Source: Pecten maximus (taxonomy: Eukaryota). Taken from it: DNA of 64,000 bases. The notes beneath the pieces are model-generated. The model had not been told where the DNA came from, did no database searches, and saw only the letters and a list, made by a program, of their open reading frames with translations. Of the stretch, positions 28,059 through 40,737 are shown piece after piece (the first letter of the stretch is position 1; each line of letters begins with the position of its first letter). The stretch is taken from assembly GCF_902652985.1 (NCBI RefSeq), contig NC_047022.1:14880001-14944000 (forward strand). The letters run 5' to 3'. Made by a program: the position numbers and the translations under genes.

Positions 28059-29102
28059 TCTTTTGGCCGATAGTTATACAATGTATGGTAAGCATTAAGG
28101 TCAACTGAACACGATCTCTCATCGACAACCCTAAAATCTCCATAGGGTAGTGTATAATGATGATCTGTTTTTCAATTAGGTTGCTAGATTATTTTGTCAG
28201 ACGAAAATTCAAACCATCAACGAACGTCCATTGACTATTTTAAATGTTTAATCGTATTACTGTAACTACATTCATCTTTGAACACGAATGTTTTATGCAT
28301 GTCTATGAACATTTATAGAACATGTTTCTCCGACACGTGTAAAACTTGTTACTTTTCTATTCACAGCTTACAACGAATTGTCGGTTGTCATGGTGTAGTC
28401 ATCATTGGGTAAATAGAGTTTCTACAGGTTGTCTTTTTTTTCAAATTCGTAGATGTATACTGTTGTGTGCCAATTCATTAAAGTGCTAAACCGTTAAATA
28501 TTGGCTGTGCGCCAAAACTTGATCACACCAATATATATTTACTTACATAAACGTGTTGGGTCATAGATGATGGAATGTTCTTACGAGCTTGGAATTTAAT
28601 TGAGTCAACATGTAATCCAACTAACTGATGAAAAAAAATCAATACGAAAGTTCACCAGGGACTCTATCATTCATCAGCAATGACGTTTTAATAAAATACA
28701 ATCCCACATGATTTTGATATCGTGAGAAAATAAAAGGGGTTTATATTAACATTTGTATCAGGTATAGAATTTATTTGATATCTTCTCTCTATGTTGTGTA
28801 TCTTTTATGAAAAATCATCAAAAATATACATCTTAATCCTCACTTATGTATGCATCGTCATTCAGGATACAGATATAGAGGTAAGCTTATTAAACCAATA
28901 CGTGGAAATTTGCTACACTTGTACATCGATAATAAACATACGTTTGTCGCATGCAGCTCTTGCTTGTGACACGAAGTTCAAGACTGACGTAAAGCTGCGC
29001 CTTTTATTGTAATAGATGGATCTATGTATTCCATCCGCTTTTCTTTTCTCTCTCGTTTTATCCATATTGATTACTTTCAATCTGATATCGCATCAAGCAA
29101 CA

Positions 29103-29279
29103 TAGACTGGCCCCCTGTCTCTAGAATATTAAAATTATAAATAAAATTGACCTTTATGATTTTGGTCACTAGGGTATATCTTATTCTAGCCCAAGTTTCA
29201 AACTAGGGGGAGATAATTTAGTATTAAAATTTAGTGGAGCAGTTCTAACAAACAAACTTAGGGGCTGGTGGCCAGTCTA
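29103..29279. mobile_element. 177-bp MITE, Academ(H)-like
   Basis: Termini TAGACTGGCC...GGCCAGTCTA (imperfect TIR to ~22 bp) with a perfect 9-bp TSD CAAGCAACA at 29094-29102 and 29280-29288. Confidence 0.85.
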
Positions 29280-32200
29280 CAAGCAACAGTATGGAACAGT
29301 TTTGAAAAGGAATAGTTGTTTCCTAAAAATGTGTGAAATAATCCATACGACAAGTATACAACATTACACATCAGCAAAAAAAACAAAAAAAACTTATCCC
29401 TAATATAAGAGTAACTGTTATTGGCCTAGATATACTTGCGATTGTCCGAGAGAGTTTCAGATTGCTACTTAACAAGAAGCTTCTGTAAGAGGCAATCGGA
29501 TGTGACTAACCTTTCGGTGACCTTGTAAATATCAATTAATATGATCTATCGGGGTTCAGGGAAGGAAGACATGTTTTCTTTATATATGAGTGAATGTGAT
29601 GAATATATAATTATGTCCAGTGGGATAGATAAATGAGATAGTAATCTCATTCAGCCCCATTAAGCGGAAATATGACCTCCATATTTTGATCATGTCTTGA
29701 ACTATCTGCATATTGTAACGAAGACTGTCGTTGAATACCATTTTTATAATAAAAACACATTTAATGTCCATTGTATAAATATCAAAGTCCTCTCGATACA
29801 CATTGGAACACGGCAACAAAACGTTTGAATGCTTGGCGTTTATTGGAAATACTTCCAAACTTTTCTTTGCTATCACATACATGTACCATTTACAGGGTTG
29901 TCTAAAAACCAATAGGATCTTTTAATCTTTACCTGTAAAATACAGTTCCAGTCCAAATGCAAATATCAAAACCAAATTTGGACAGAAGAAATCAAATCAA
30001 ACAAATATACTTCAGATGTAAATAAGAGTCGAGTAGTATTAAACGTGATGGAAGAGAAAATGTTAACATTGAACAGTAAGTACTGTAAATCACCAACTGA
30101 TATATTCTCGCGAATATGTTTATAATAGTGGCTACTCAAGATATAATGGGAAATGTTTAGGATTGTATAAAATCTGCCTTAAAGACATGTCGTGTATGAC
30201 GGGTATGACAGTGCGCACACTGTTCAAGATATTGAACCCAGGGCCGCTTAACCCTGGCAGTACCTATATATGCGTCATTGTTGTGTAACGTGAAGCTACT
30301 TTAATTTGAAACTTTTAATGAAAAATTATTAAAAATATATATATAGATATATTACCTAGTGTTTGAATTACGTTTTCTTTTCTGGATATTTCACAAATAG
30401 AAACCTTGACCTTTCGTTTCCTGTTTTGGCAATTCATCAGCAGCGCGTGTGTCTATAAATAGACATATACTTTTCTGAATATTACTGAGAAAATGAATTT
30501 ATAGAACATGAAAAAAGTGCACATTTAAATAAAAGCAGTAATAAGGCAGTTATTTACATGTGTGCGGTCATTCTTGTTGATTGATAGAGTATGGAAATAA
30601 CATATCCTCTTCATGTGAACCAGAAAATACACTTGCTGATAAGATATTTAAAATGTCTATCTTCTATTCTGTGTAATGTTTTAACATTAACTACTATATT
30701 CTAGGTGATTTAGATATTATATAACCATTATTCTCTCCTAAAATATATGACGATTACACGCTATGAATGTCTATGCTGATAGGGCTGTTTGCATAATCAG
30801 TCGTCTGTCACTAATCACCAACATAAACAACTATTCCCTTTGACACTCTACAGTATTTTTCTTGTCGTATACTTACAGTTGTTGTGATCAACCGGTTTCC
30901 TCTCCTCTGGTACGGACCCCTGTCATCCGCTGTACACCACACATTCAATATTAACTGCTGTATTCTGGTCAGTGTGAACGCATGTAGTCTATATGACGAA
31001 CAGCTATGTCTGATACCCTACCTGGAAACTCACCTGGATATAAGTAGGCGGGGCCAAAATTTCAATAGACATGTCACCAACTCACTTGTTGTCAATAAGT
31101 ATTAAGACTTGTATTAAAATTCTGTTTTGATTTTGATTTTGATTTTGATTTTCCATCAATGTAACATATGATGACCTGACAGGAATTAATCAGATAGAAA
31201 TCCAATCGCTTAACTGTAACACGTTTTACTGTGACACGTATATACATAGATGCATTTACCCTAAACTCTCTATTCAATGGATTGCGACAGAAACTGTGAG
31301 ACAACAGCCTTACAAATATCACTTAAAACAAGACATGTTCAGTAAGTTGTATATATAGAATTAAAGAGATTTTTTTTTATTCCACATATTCCGCCATCGA
31401 TATGTCAGCTTAATTATTTCAGGTATTAATAAGATATAGCGTTTGAATTAGCTGTTCGTCTGGCAGAATACAGACAAATAACTCAGGAGATGAGAGATGT
31501 AGGCAAATGTATAACGTTTCGGCACTAAAATCTGGAGGGCGAGGATATCATTCTTTTTAAAGCAAAGATGACCCCATCTTTTACTAAGGAAAACTGCCAA
31601 CTATACTGGTTCAAGAAGTTTGGTGTATGAAGTTCCATGACTTCTTTTGGGATATATAGGTACACTTATAAGTGATTAATTACAGCTTGTCAGAATATAC
31701 ACAGGTGTAAAATTATTTGCAAAATCTACAAATAGTAAATTGATTAAATTTCAATCATTCAGTTAAATTTAACATAACGTTTTTTTTTTTTTTTTTTTTT
31801 TAGCTCATGCCCTTTTGACTTTCAAGATGAGGAAGTAGCTGTGTTATGCAGTATTTGTCACCAGCATGAGGGAGCTGCAAAGCGCGCCTAAGTGTTACAT
31901 AGGCTTCAACATATTATAATCGAACCTGGAATATACTTTTATCTATATATAACCACCCAACACAATATTTCAACTAAAATTTACTGGACTTGGTTAATTG
32001 TATAATGTATAAAGGTTAGCTGAGGTTTGAGGTTTTTTCTCACAAAGCAATTGTCCTTTCATAACCAAACCTGGATTTCACTTTCATCTTCGCATTGTCA
32101 TCCCTACACACATTTCAGATTTAGAATTGCACCTACAGTTTACCTTTATATGGACTTTGTTAATTAATTATATGATGTCAAATGTTTCCGATTAGCAGGA

Positions 32201-35089
32201 CGTTGAGCTTAATTTCTCCCTGTTTTATCTTTGGAGAAATACATCATAGCAATACAATATTTAAAATCCAGGTAATTACAACAACAAATGCAATAAATAC
32301 CACATGTTGACTTAATAGGAGTTGTACGCAGAAGCAGAGATACATGAGACATAAAATAAAATAATATAAACAAAATAAGTTGATATTTAGATGTACTATG
32401 TACCTGTAATCATTATCACTATCTGTGTAAGGAAAGTTACCTTTGACTCGTCGCCAAGCGATAACAAATTCTTCTGTTCAGTCACTTTAATATTTTTCTA
32501 ATATTTGACTCTATATTTAAAACAACAAATATTCTCTATTTGAATTTTTAAAAAAATGTTCTCCATATAGCTCACTCTCAAGATAGTTTACGTGCAATAT
32601 AACAGGCTTTGTAATGTTGTTTTATTAACGACAATTTTGCACGCAAACATTCAAATCGCAAGACATCTACTTCATATATGTATGTACACTACACATTTTT
32701 ATGCATATTGCTCTTCTGACATTTATCTTTGTAGATATTTCAATTCAATTCTACTTTAAATCTAAATATTTTAAAACGATATGGGACATATAAATGCAAA
32801 TAAGGCAGCTTTCGATTACCCTCTGATACCAAACACAACCTAAACGCTATTGAAGAGAGTTAGTCCATTTTACTTAAACAGCATTTATTCGTCATTAGTC
32901 ACACATGTAAACTCGAGGTATTTTCACTTGTTAACGTGTCCATATATTTGATTATCTAAAGAAAACACGATTCCACGAAATCTACATGAAACTATCTACG
33001 ATAAACAAACCCCAGGTTTCAGAAGAAAAAAAATCATAATCCAGAATAATGATTAGTTAATCGAGAAGATCTTCTTTGAATTTTTGTAAAAAGTGTTATT
33101 TAGGAACCGCGAAAAAAAACTTGCTTTGTGGTATAAATTCATTTTAATTATAAGGATTTAATCCTCAAGAGAATAAACATACCTACCCATTAAACTATGA
33201 GGCAAATACGTGTCAATGTGTTTTCTCAGGAATACAAAAATACATTCGGACTCATATCATAGCTAGAAAAGTTTATGTTTTTGTTGTTTATTTTTGTTTT
33301 TTGTTACTAACACATAGTTGATTACTGCTTGTCTTCCATTTTTTATGTATGTACACACAGCAGAAATATACTTATAATCATATATTATACATACACATAT
33401 TTGGAACTGTAATGCCACAAATTGCTGTGCCAAACACAAATACATTTATTATATATAAAACACATACAACATATATTGATTAATTGAACGAAACCCATCC
33501 TTATAATTCTAGGACTCTGCATCAGTCAAGGTAACGGTCAAAATTAAGGAGTTCCAAAAGAAAGGCTAGGGTATTTAATTCGGTCTAAGCAATAAAGTCA
33601 GAATTAAAACACTTATCCTTTGCCGGTACGTTAATTAATTGCTTTGATGATTTTCTATAATAAATGTTTCGGAAAATAGTGTTTGATTATGATCACATTC
33701 CACTATTCTTAAATTCTTTATCAGTTTGAACACGAACGTCAACTTTTTAGCCCCTGAATGGCACAACGAATTTGATTTGATTGGTCATTCGCGTGGAGTG
33801 TTCGACTAACTTATACGTAATGTACACTGACACCGATATGTTAACTTGTCATCTGGGTTTTAATGCATAATAACATTGCATCTAAACAGGTACATACACG
33901 TTTTTATACTTGTATTGAGTAGCAGTCATATAATACTGTTTTTATTTCAATAATTATTTCATAAATATCCATATTAAAAATTAACGATAAAATCATTTAA
34001 TTGGAAATTTAGTACTTCCTGTAGGTACTAGTTAACTCGTTAGAAGCATGGTCATGATGTTCATTCCATCTTCTAAACTGTATTAACGAAATAGAATGGA
34101 AATAAACAAAGTAACAGAGCACCAGAAATTGTTTTCAGCATTTGGAGATATCAAAAGGTAAGAACGTAATAACAATTATTTTAGCATTTGTTTCTAGGGA
34201 ACAACCAACCAATTGAAAAAATAGATTTTTGAAACAGCCCCTGTGTATAGAAAGTTGAGCCAAGGATAAAATGTCTGGCAGCCACTGATTGGCCAGTATG
34301 TTATGAAGCGAGAAGATAGATATGTAGCCTGATAGGTAGCTATCAATAAGAAATGTTGATATTAATTTCGTAAGTCCGATTGATTTTTTTCCCAAAAGTT
34401 CAGGTAATAACAATTAACAGGTAAACATTTCTGATTTTTGAGAATTTTTACTGCGAAATTCACCCATTTTCAAAATGGCTACCCTGGAGAAAATTTGAGC
34501 TGAAGGACCCAAATTTGTTTTTGATTAGGTATTATATCAGACCCTAAACTTTTGTTATAAACCATAATTGTCATATTGAATTCAAGAATTTGAATGCAAT
34601 ACTCCAAAACGTTAACACTAAAGTCTATGGGAAAACAATTGGTTGGTTGGTCTCTTTCTACCACAACAGGTATGTGTTACTCAACTCCAAGTGTATCAAT
34701 TAATCAAAACAACTGTTATACCATACGTGTAAGAAACTGTTAATCTTTATTGTTTGACAAAGTGAACTTTGACCAGGACTACTTTTTAATCACGTGATCC
34801 ATAGTGTTTTGATAGGCTGACTCGTCAAGGCCGCTTCACGCAGGCACAGAAATGATAACACGATTGAAGTAGTTCGCACTAGATTTTCAGAGAATTATTT
34901 TTTGATATTTTTGATATCAGTTGAATTCTTGAAAGTTAAATAAAAACTTGTAAGTTGCTTCTTTGTAATAAATTATAATATTTCCAACTATTTCTGAAAC
35001 TGTTAGTTTTGCATACTATTTACTGCATTTCATTTCAGGTCATATCCCTACGCCCCGACGGTGGTCAAAGGTAAAAAAAAACTCGTGGC

Positions 35090-35170
35090 TATTAGGTCAT
35101 CTGAGCCAGAGGATAATGGTGACCTCTTACAAAAACCTCTTGTCCATCCTCATGCATTAACTTTTAACTG
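35090..35170 (+). mobile_element. 5' end of a HINE/Helentron-like element
   Basis: TATTAGGTCATCTGAGCC...GGTGACCT hairpin followed by TTGTCCATCCTCATGCATTAAC, like the bivalve HINE 5' terminus (recalled consensus). Confidence 0.45.
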
Positions 35171-35246
35171 TGCACTCGATAACCTGAGTTAATATGTATG
35201 GGGTATTGCATGGATTTCGATTAATAGGGTATTTATTACATCTGAG

Positions 35247-35498
35247 TGTTATATATATGACAAATGTGTATTTATCACATATATATATATATATTATCAA
35301 CCATCAAGTGTGTATCCTGAATTAATCAATATCATCTTTTTATGTTAGTATGTATATTGTTCCGTAATTTGTGTCCGTCCATAACCGGAAGTTATTTTGA
35401 TGTTTAGTTGGAGAAGAATAAAATATAAGTTGGAGGCAGCACGTGTTAGAGGTTTTCTATATATTGTACACACAGCCAAGCAAACCCCAAACACAACA
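35247..35498 (+). repeat. 5' LTR
   Basis: TG...CA ends, internal AATAAA, immediately followed by a TGG PBS. Confidence 0.85.
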
Positions 35499-37630
35499 TG
35501 GTGGAGAATATAAATCCCGGATGAAGATGTGACTGACATCAGAAACCGTCAGCTGTTGCTGACGAGTTCGTATTGTACATAATGTAAATAATATGTGTCG
35601 GTGATGGAGCACGTGGTTCGTCTGTTGAAACTTGAAAGTGTCGTCATGTCATTGTTTGAGCTTTTGACCCTTTTGTCTCCGTGAAATCCCTGGACCTAGG
35701 GACACCCCCATATATAGTTTTGTAAGAAATCACCATCATTTGTCTGTTAGAACCTCAACATGATCGGGCGAATCCATCTAATGGAGAAGTGCTGGTACTA
35801 GTACAACTGCAAAGGCTACCTGAAGTTCCGCCAGGACCTGGACGGGCAATGTACGGTGACGATGAAAACATGAAACGTGTCATTTAGTTTCATTTATTTA
35901 TCAACATCCATATCTATATATGTAGATCGACATCTCTGATATGGTGAACCGGCGTTGTTTATATGCATTTAGTCAAATACTTTCCCAGTGACATACCAGG
36001 AGTGTGCACGTGACCGCCATTCTCGTACCCCCTGTGATCCCCTCCTTTGAAGATGATGTCGAGCCCTACTGTCAAGGAAGTCTTAGAGTTTTACAGTGAC
36101 GGATTGTTGGAACTTTCCTGATTGCTGAATGAATAATAAAACCAAAATCGAGTTCATCTTGAGGACTTTTAAAAAGTGTTTGGCTATAAACTGAAGTGAT
36201 CAGGCTTTAGTGTATTGGACAATGCCTATATTGACACATATTCAAGATTTATTTGAAAAAAAAATCAGTGCATTAAACATTTAATATGGTGATATCTTAG
36301 TTAACTGATACATACTGATTATCTTTAAGTTTTTTCATCATTAACATTGCAATTGAAACACTAGATATTATATATCTTGTAATTTGCTTTTTAATACATT
36401 AGTATTCCATAATAGTATATTTTACCTTTTATCTAGCTCTTGATTTGTCAGTGTTTTAACATTATGATTGCTCTCTAGTCATGACAATACAGAATTATAT
36501 TGCACAACATCATTGTTTTCCAAATGTAAATGAATGTTTTTCTCAGATAAATTATATCGGAAATATACTATAATCATTAAGAGCGAAATCTCTGCTGATA
36601 TTACTGTGGATCACATGTCATATTTGGTTAACATTTTTAAAGGATGAGCATATAATCAATAAGTATATCAACTGTATTATGTTGTTAAATGGATTTCGGG
36701 TAGTATTATATCCTACATTGTAATGTTTTTTGAACTTTGGTGATTTGATGCTGGTAGTATTTGGTGGTAATTGTTATATGTATGATGTTGTGATTATTTA
36801 TGAACCATAAGGCCATGCAGAGATTTTTTTCAGCGCGTATACATTTGATAGGGATAGATATAAAGCTGGCAGGTTAATGTATATTTTGTGTTGCATGTAT
36901 TATTGTAAGTTTTATTAAGGTCAATTTCTTTCTAACTTTAAATCACATGGTCTTATAACACAACATGATGATACTGTAACTGTAATAGTAAACAGTTAGT
37001 TGAGTATTGCCAGAACAAACTATATATTGATGACTGATATTTAAATATATGTTTTTGAATTTGTATTATTGAATCTTGAGCTTGATAAAATATTGACTAA
37101 ATAAATGCTACTTCCATAACTTTATATTTAAATCCAATTTAATTACTCCATCCTTAAAACTACATTGGTACTAATAGCTGAGACTTGTATAAGCATGGTT
37201 AAAAGTTCTTTGACTATATAAAACTTTTATTTTCATTTTTAACAGAAAATGTGATGATAAAATATAAAGTGATATTATTGACAAATTGTTCAGACAATGT
37301 ATCAGAGTGTGATTGGTTACTTGTAATTTGGTACCAGCTCAAGTGATTCTAAGAGGTTTGTGTGTAACTTTGGTCTGCAGTAATTTCTCATTTTTACCAA
37401 ATTATATTTTCAAGTATTCACATTCATTAACTTTGACACAACCATATGATATAATTATATCTTGAAAGGTCCTCTGTCTTCATGTCCTGTTTTCTTCATT
37501 TTATAAAACAAATCATGCACATGTTCATATTTTTTAGATTGAGTATTCTTGTAAATTTAGAGAACTCACTTGATGGTAACTATTTCAAAATTGGGGACCA
37601 ATTTTTGTTTTGCGGGAGGAGGGGGGGGGG

Positions 37631-37872
37631 GTATATATATGACAAATGTGTATTTATCACATATATATATTATCAACAATCAAGTGTGTATCCGGAATTA
37701 ATCAATATCATCTTTTTATGTTAGTATGTATATTGTTCCGTAATTTGTGTCCGTCCAGTACCGGAAGTTGTTTTGATGTTTAGTTGGAGAAGAATAAAAT
37801 ATAAGTTGGAGGCAGCACGTGTTAGAGATTTTCTATATTGTACACACAGCCAAGCAAACCCCAAACTTAACA
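37631..37872 (+). repeat. 3' LTR
   Basis: About 8 substitutions plus (TA)n length differences versus the 5' LTR (counted by eye), preceded by a polypurine tract. Confidence 0.85.
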
Positions 37873-39433
37873 CGAGGAAGTCCCGAGTGACGAGAAATCA
37901 TGCAATAACTAATTTACTACATACTTCCTACCTCGAACAAGCATAAAGAATGATTGAAAAACCCACTTTGTTAGTCCTCATACCCGATATATTCATTGTT
38001 TTCTCTAAAGTTTACCTGTATGAGTATTTCTCAGTACCAGGGTATCTTGACTCAATATTAATAACACAGTCTGTCATTATGTACATAATGGCTTTAATTG
38101 TACTACAGCTACAACTGTAACGAGAGGTATGAGAATGTATACAGTATCATATAAAACGTTTAGACCACAATCCAGGTATGGTGCCAGGGAAGGTAAAAAG
38201 CGTTTTTTTTTTTAAATAAGAACTATTTCATGAATTACAGTTATTTCCGTCGGTATTTTTAAAGAAATAGTATACAAGTGTACGTGCATTTGAATTTTTA
38301 ATTCAAGAAATTATCATTCCAAATTTTATTTCGTTATTTTTCTTCATTTTAAATGTGTCATTAGGTTACAGTAGTCCTTTCATCTGTATTTACTTCCTCA
38401 GTACCTTACCTGGTAGTTATTGAATACCATTTCTACTTTCATGCTCTTGAGACACATTTTATGAACTGCATCATGGTGAATTGAGTTGCCCATGAGTCAA
38501 ATTTAACGAATTGCGAAGCAGCTCTTGTTGAATTCGTCTCAAGAGCAACCCAGTTCATCACTCCAAAGCAACATTCAATCTTGAGGTGTAAATATTGCGA
38601 AATTTTCTTTCAAATCCAGTTTGCATATAATCCCTGAATGGCTAAATATGGTACAATAGTTCACGTTTTGATGATCGTCATCGTCATCATCGTACCATTT
38701 TTTTCACAATGGATACAATGCATACTATTGACACAATCCTATTCAAAACACTCCAGTATTTATTGTTCTTAGTTAATATTCTGTTCCTTTATCCATCTTC
38801 TGTTGTTAAGACACAAACAAGCATTCTTGAGTGGTTAACATACCTCGTAGCCGGTACATTGTCAGCCAATTGTGACTTGGTGATATACAGCCTACGGAAC
38901 ATTCAAATAAGACACTAGGTGACACGGACATATTAAAGTCACGTGTCTATAATTCGATATTTTTTAGGTCATGTCACAACTGGATCATTGAATAACGTGT
39001 CCTAAAAATGCGGAACTACGTATCAGCTACATGTTGTTTGCATTCATTATTCATGATTCACGAAAAAAATACGTTCATATTTTAAAAAGTGATATTCACT
39101 TTTTGTCTATGTACAATTGTTCCATTTCAGAATTACGTTACATTGCAAATTACCACTAATATCTTGTTGTTGTTTCTACTTTAGTTTTACATTACTGCGG
39201 GGTGTAGATACCACCCTTAACACGACCTTGGTATATGTTGATAGGACTTGTAACAATAACAACCAGTGGGATGTGTTTGTTTATTTAATGGCCTGTCGTC
39301 AACCGGGGTCATTTTGAACTTAACTCTATTGATGGTGAATAGAGTAAGAGATATGTATAGATATGGTAAAAATATACAATATATAACGAATGTTTTATAT
39401 GTGAATGTACATTATGGTATATTTAGGAAGTTT

Positions 39434-39565
39434 TAAACGTATTCGCGATCTCTACAAAAGGATGTAAGAACCATTATCATAGTTGATATACTTAGTTAGT
39501 TATATATGTAAACGTTTTCGCGATCTCTACAAAAGGATGTTTGGGTCATTATCATAGTTGATATC
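39434..39565. repeat. Local tandem duplication, ~75-bp period, 2 copies
   Basis: TAAACGT.TTCGCGATCTCTACAAAAGGATGT...CATTATCATAGTTGATAT occurs twice. Confidence 0.85.
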
Positions 39566-40136
39566 TAAGAGGGTTTTGCGATTATCAAGATGGGCGTCCA
39601 CGTGCGTAAATGTGTTATAGAAATATTGAGATTTTAATCATGATTTAAATTGTTATTATTTCGCTTAATGAGGGACAAGCGAAGACGTAATGGTCAGAAA
39701 AATGTTTGTTTACATCTTGTTATGACTAACATTTTCTGAACACCAATTAATATTGTTTCTAATGATGCAAGCATAATTGTGTAATATCAATAAAACAGTT
39801 TAAAAGCATGACTCAATAATCTTCTATTTGTCTAATATTCTTACGTGTTAAGATTATGACTGCATGATATGACATTTTATGTTAGGGGAGGTAACTCGCA
39901 TATCAATTGATGTTTCAATGTTTTTAAGTTCCCACCACACTACCGCTACCTTCTCTATCGTGATGAAACATAGCCCAAAACAAGTTGTCTTCACTTAGAT
40001 TTAACTGCACGATGTATGTGATATGAACAACATATATTTTACTACCTCAATACGCTGTGTCGTTCCACACTCAAAGTGGTGGTAGTTGAATAAATATGTC
40101 GATATAACTAAATGTGGTCGTATTTTTACCCGATCT

Positions 40137-40737
40137 TATGGTGGCATGGATCTGCCATCACATAGCGAGATAATTTTGTCAACATAGCGAGATAAATAAA
40201 CCATATAGCGAGATAATAAAAACGACATAGCGAGATAAAACAACCGACATAGCGAGATAATTTAATGCGTTTACGAAGTCGCTATCTCGACATCTCGCCG
40301 CATTAGATGCTACAACTGACATGGATTTTTTTCCTGTCAGCGTCACGTGACCCCCATTCGGAAGTTCAGCGCGCCAGTGCACACGAGGCTTGGACAGGGA
40401 AGCTGAACGGCCCAACACCTACAACAAAAAGGTAAACAAAGCATGTTAGATACCTATGGCAAATGTTAGGATTACCCCTGTCCAAGCCTCGTGTGCACTG
40501 GCGCGCTGAACTTCCGAATGGGGGTCACGTGACGTTGACAAGAAAAAAATCCATGTCAGTAGTAGCATCTAATGCGGCGAGATGTCGAGATAGCGACATC
40601 GTAAATGCATTAAATTATCTCGCTATGTCGGTTGTTTTATCTCGCTATGTCGTTTTATTATCTCGCTATATGGTATATTTATCTCGCTATGTTGACAAAA
40701 TTATCTCGTTATGTGATGGCAGATCCATGCCACCATA
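40137..40737. mobile_element. 601-bp foldback MITE, IS3EU-like
   Basis: ~262-bp near-perfect inverted arms (40137-40399 and 40476-40737) around a 76-bp spacer. TATGG...CCATA termini, perfect 6-bp TSD CGATCT, and five ATAGCGAGATAA subterminal repeats per arm. Confidence 0.92.

Larger units (their letters stand above)
35247..37872 (+). mobile_element. Non-autonomous LTR retrotransposon (TRIM/LARD-like), 2.6 kb
   Basis: Two ~245-bp direct repeats (35247-35498 TGTT...AACA; ~37631-37872 ...AACA). PBS TGGTGGAGAA at 35499-35508 and PPT GGGAGGAG(G)n at 37614-37631. Flanks TGAG/CGAG form a 4-bp TSD with one mismatch. No gag/pol ORF inside. Confidence 0.88.
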
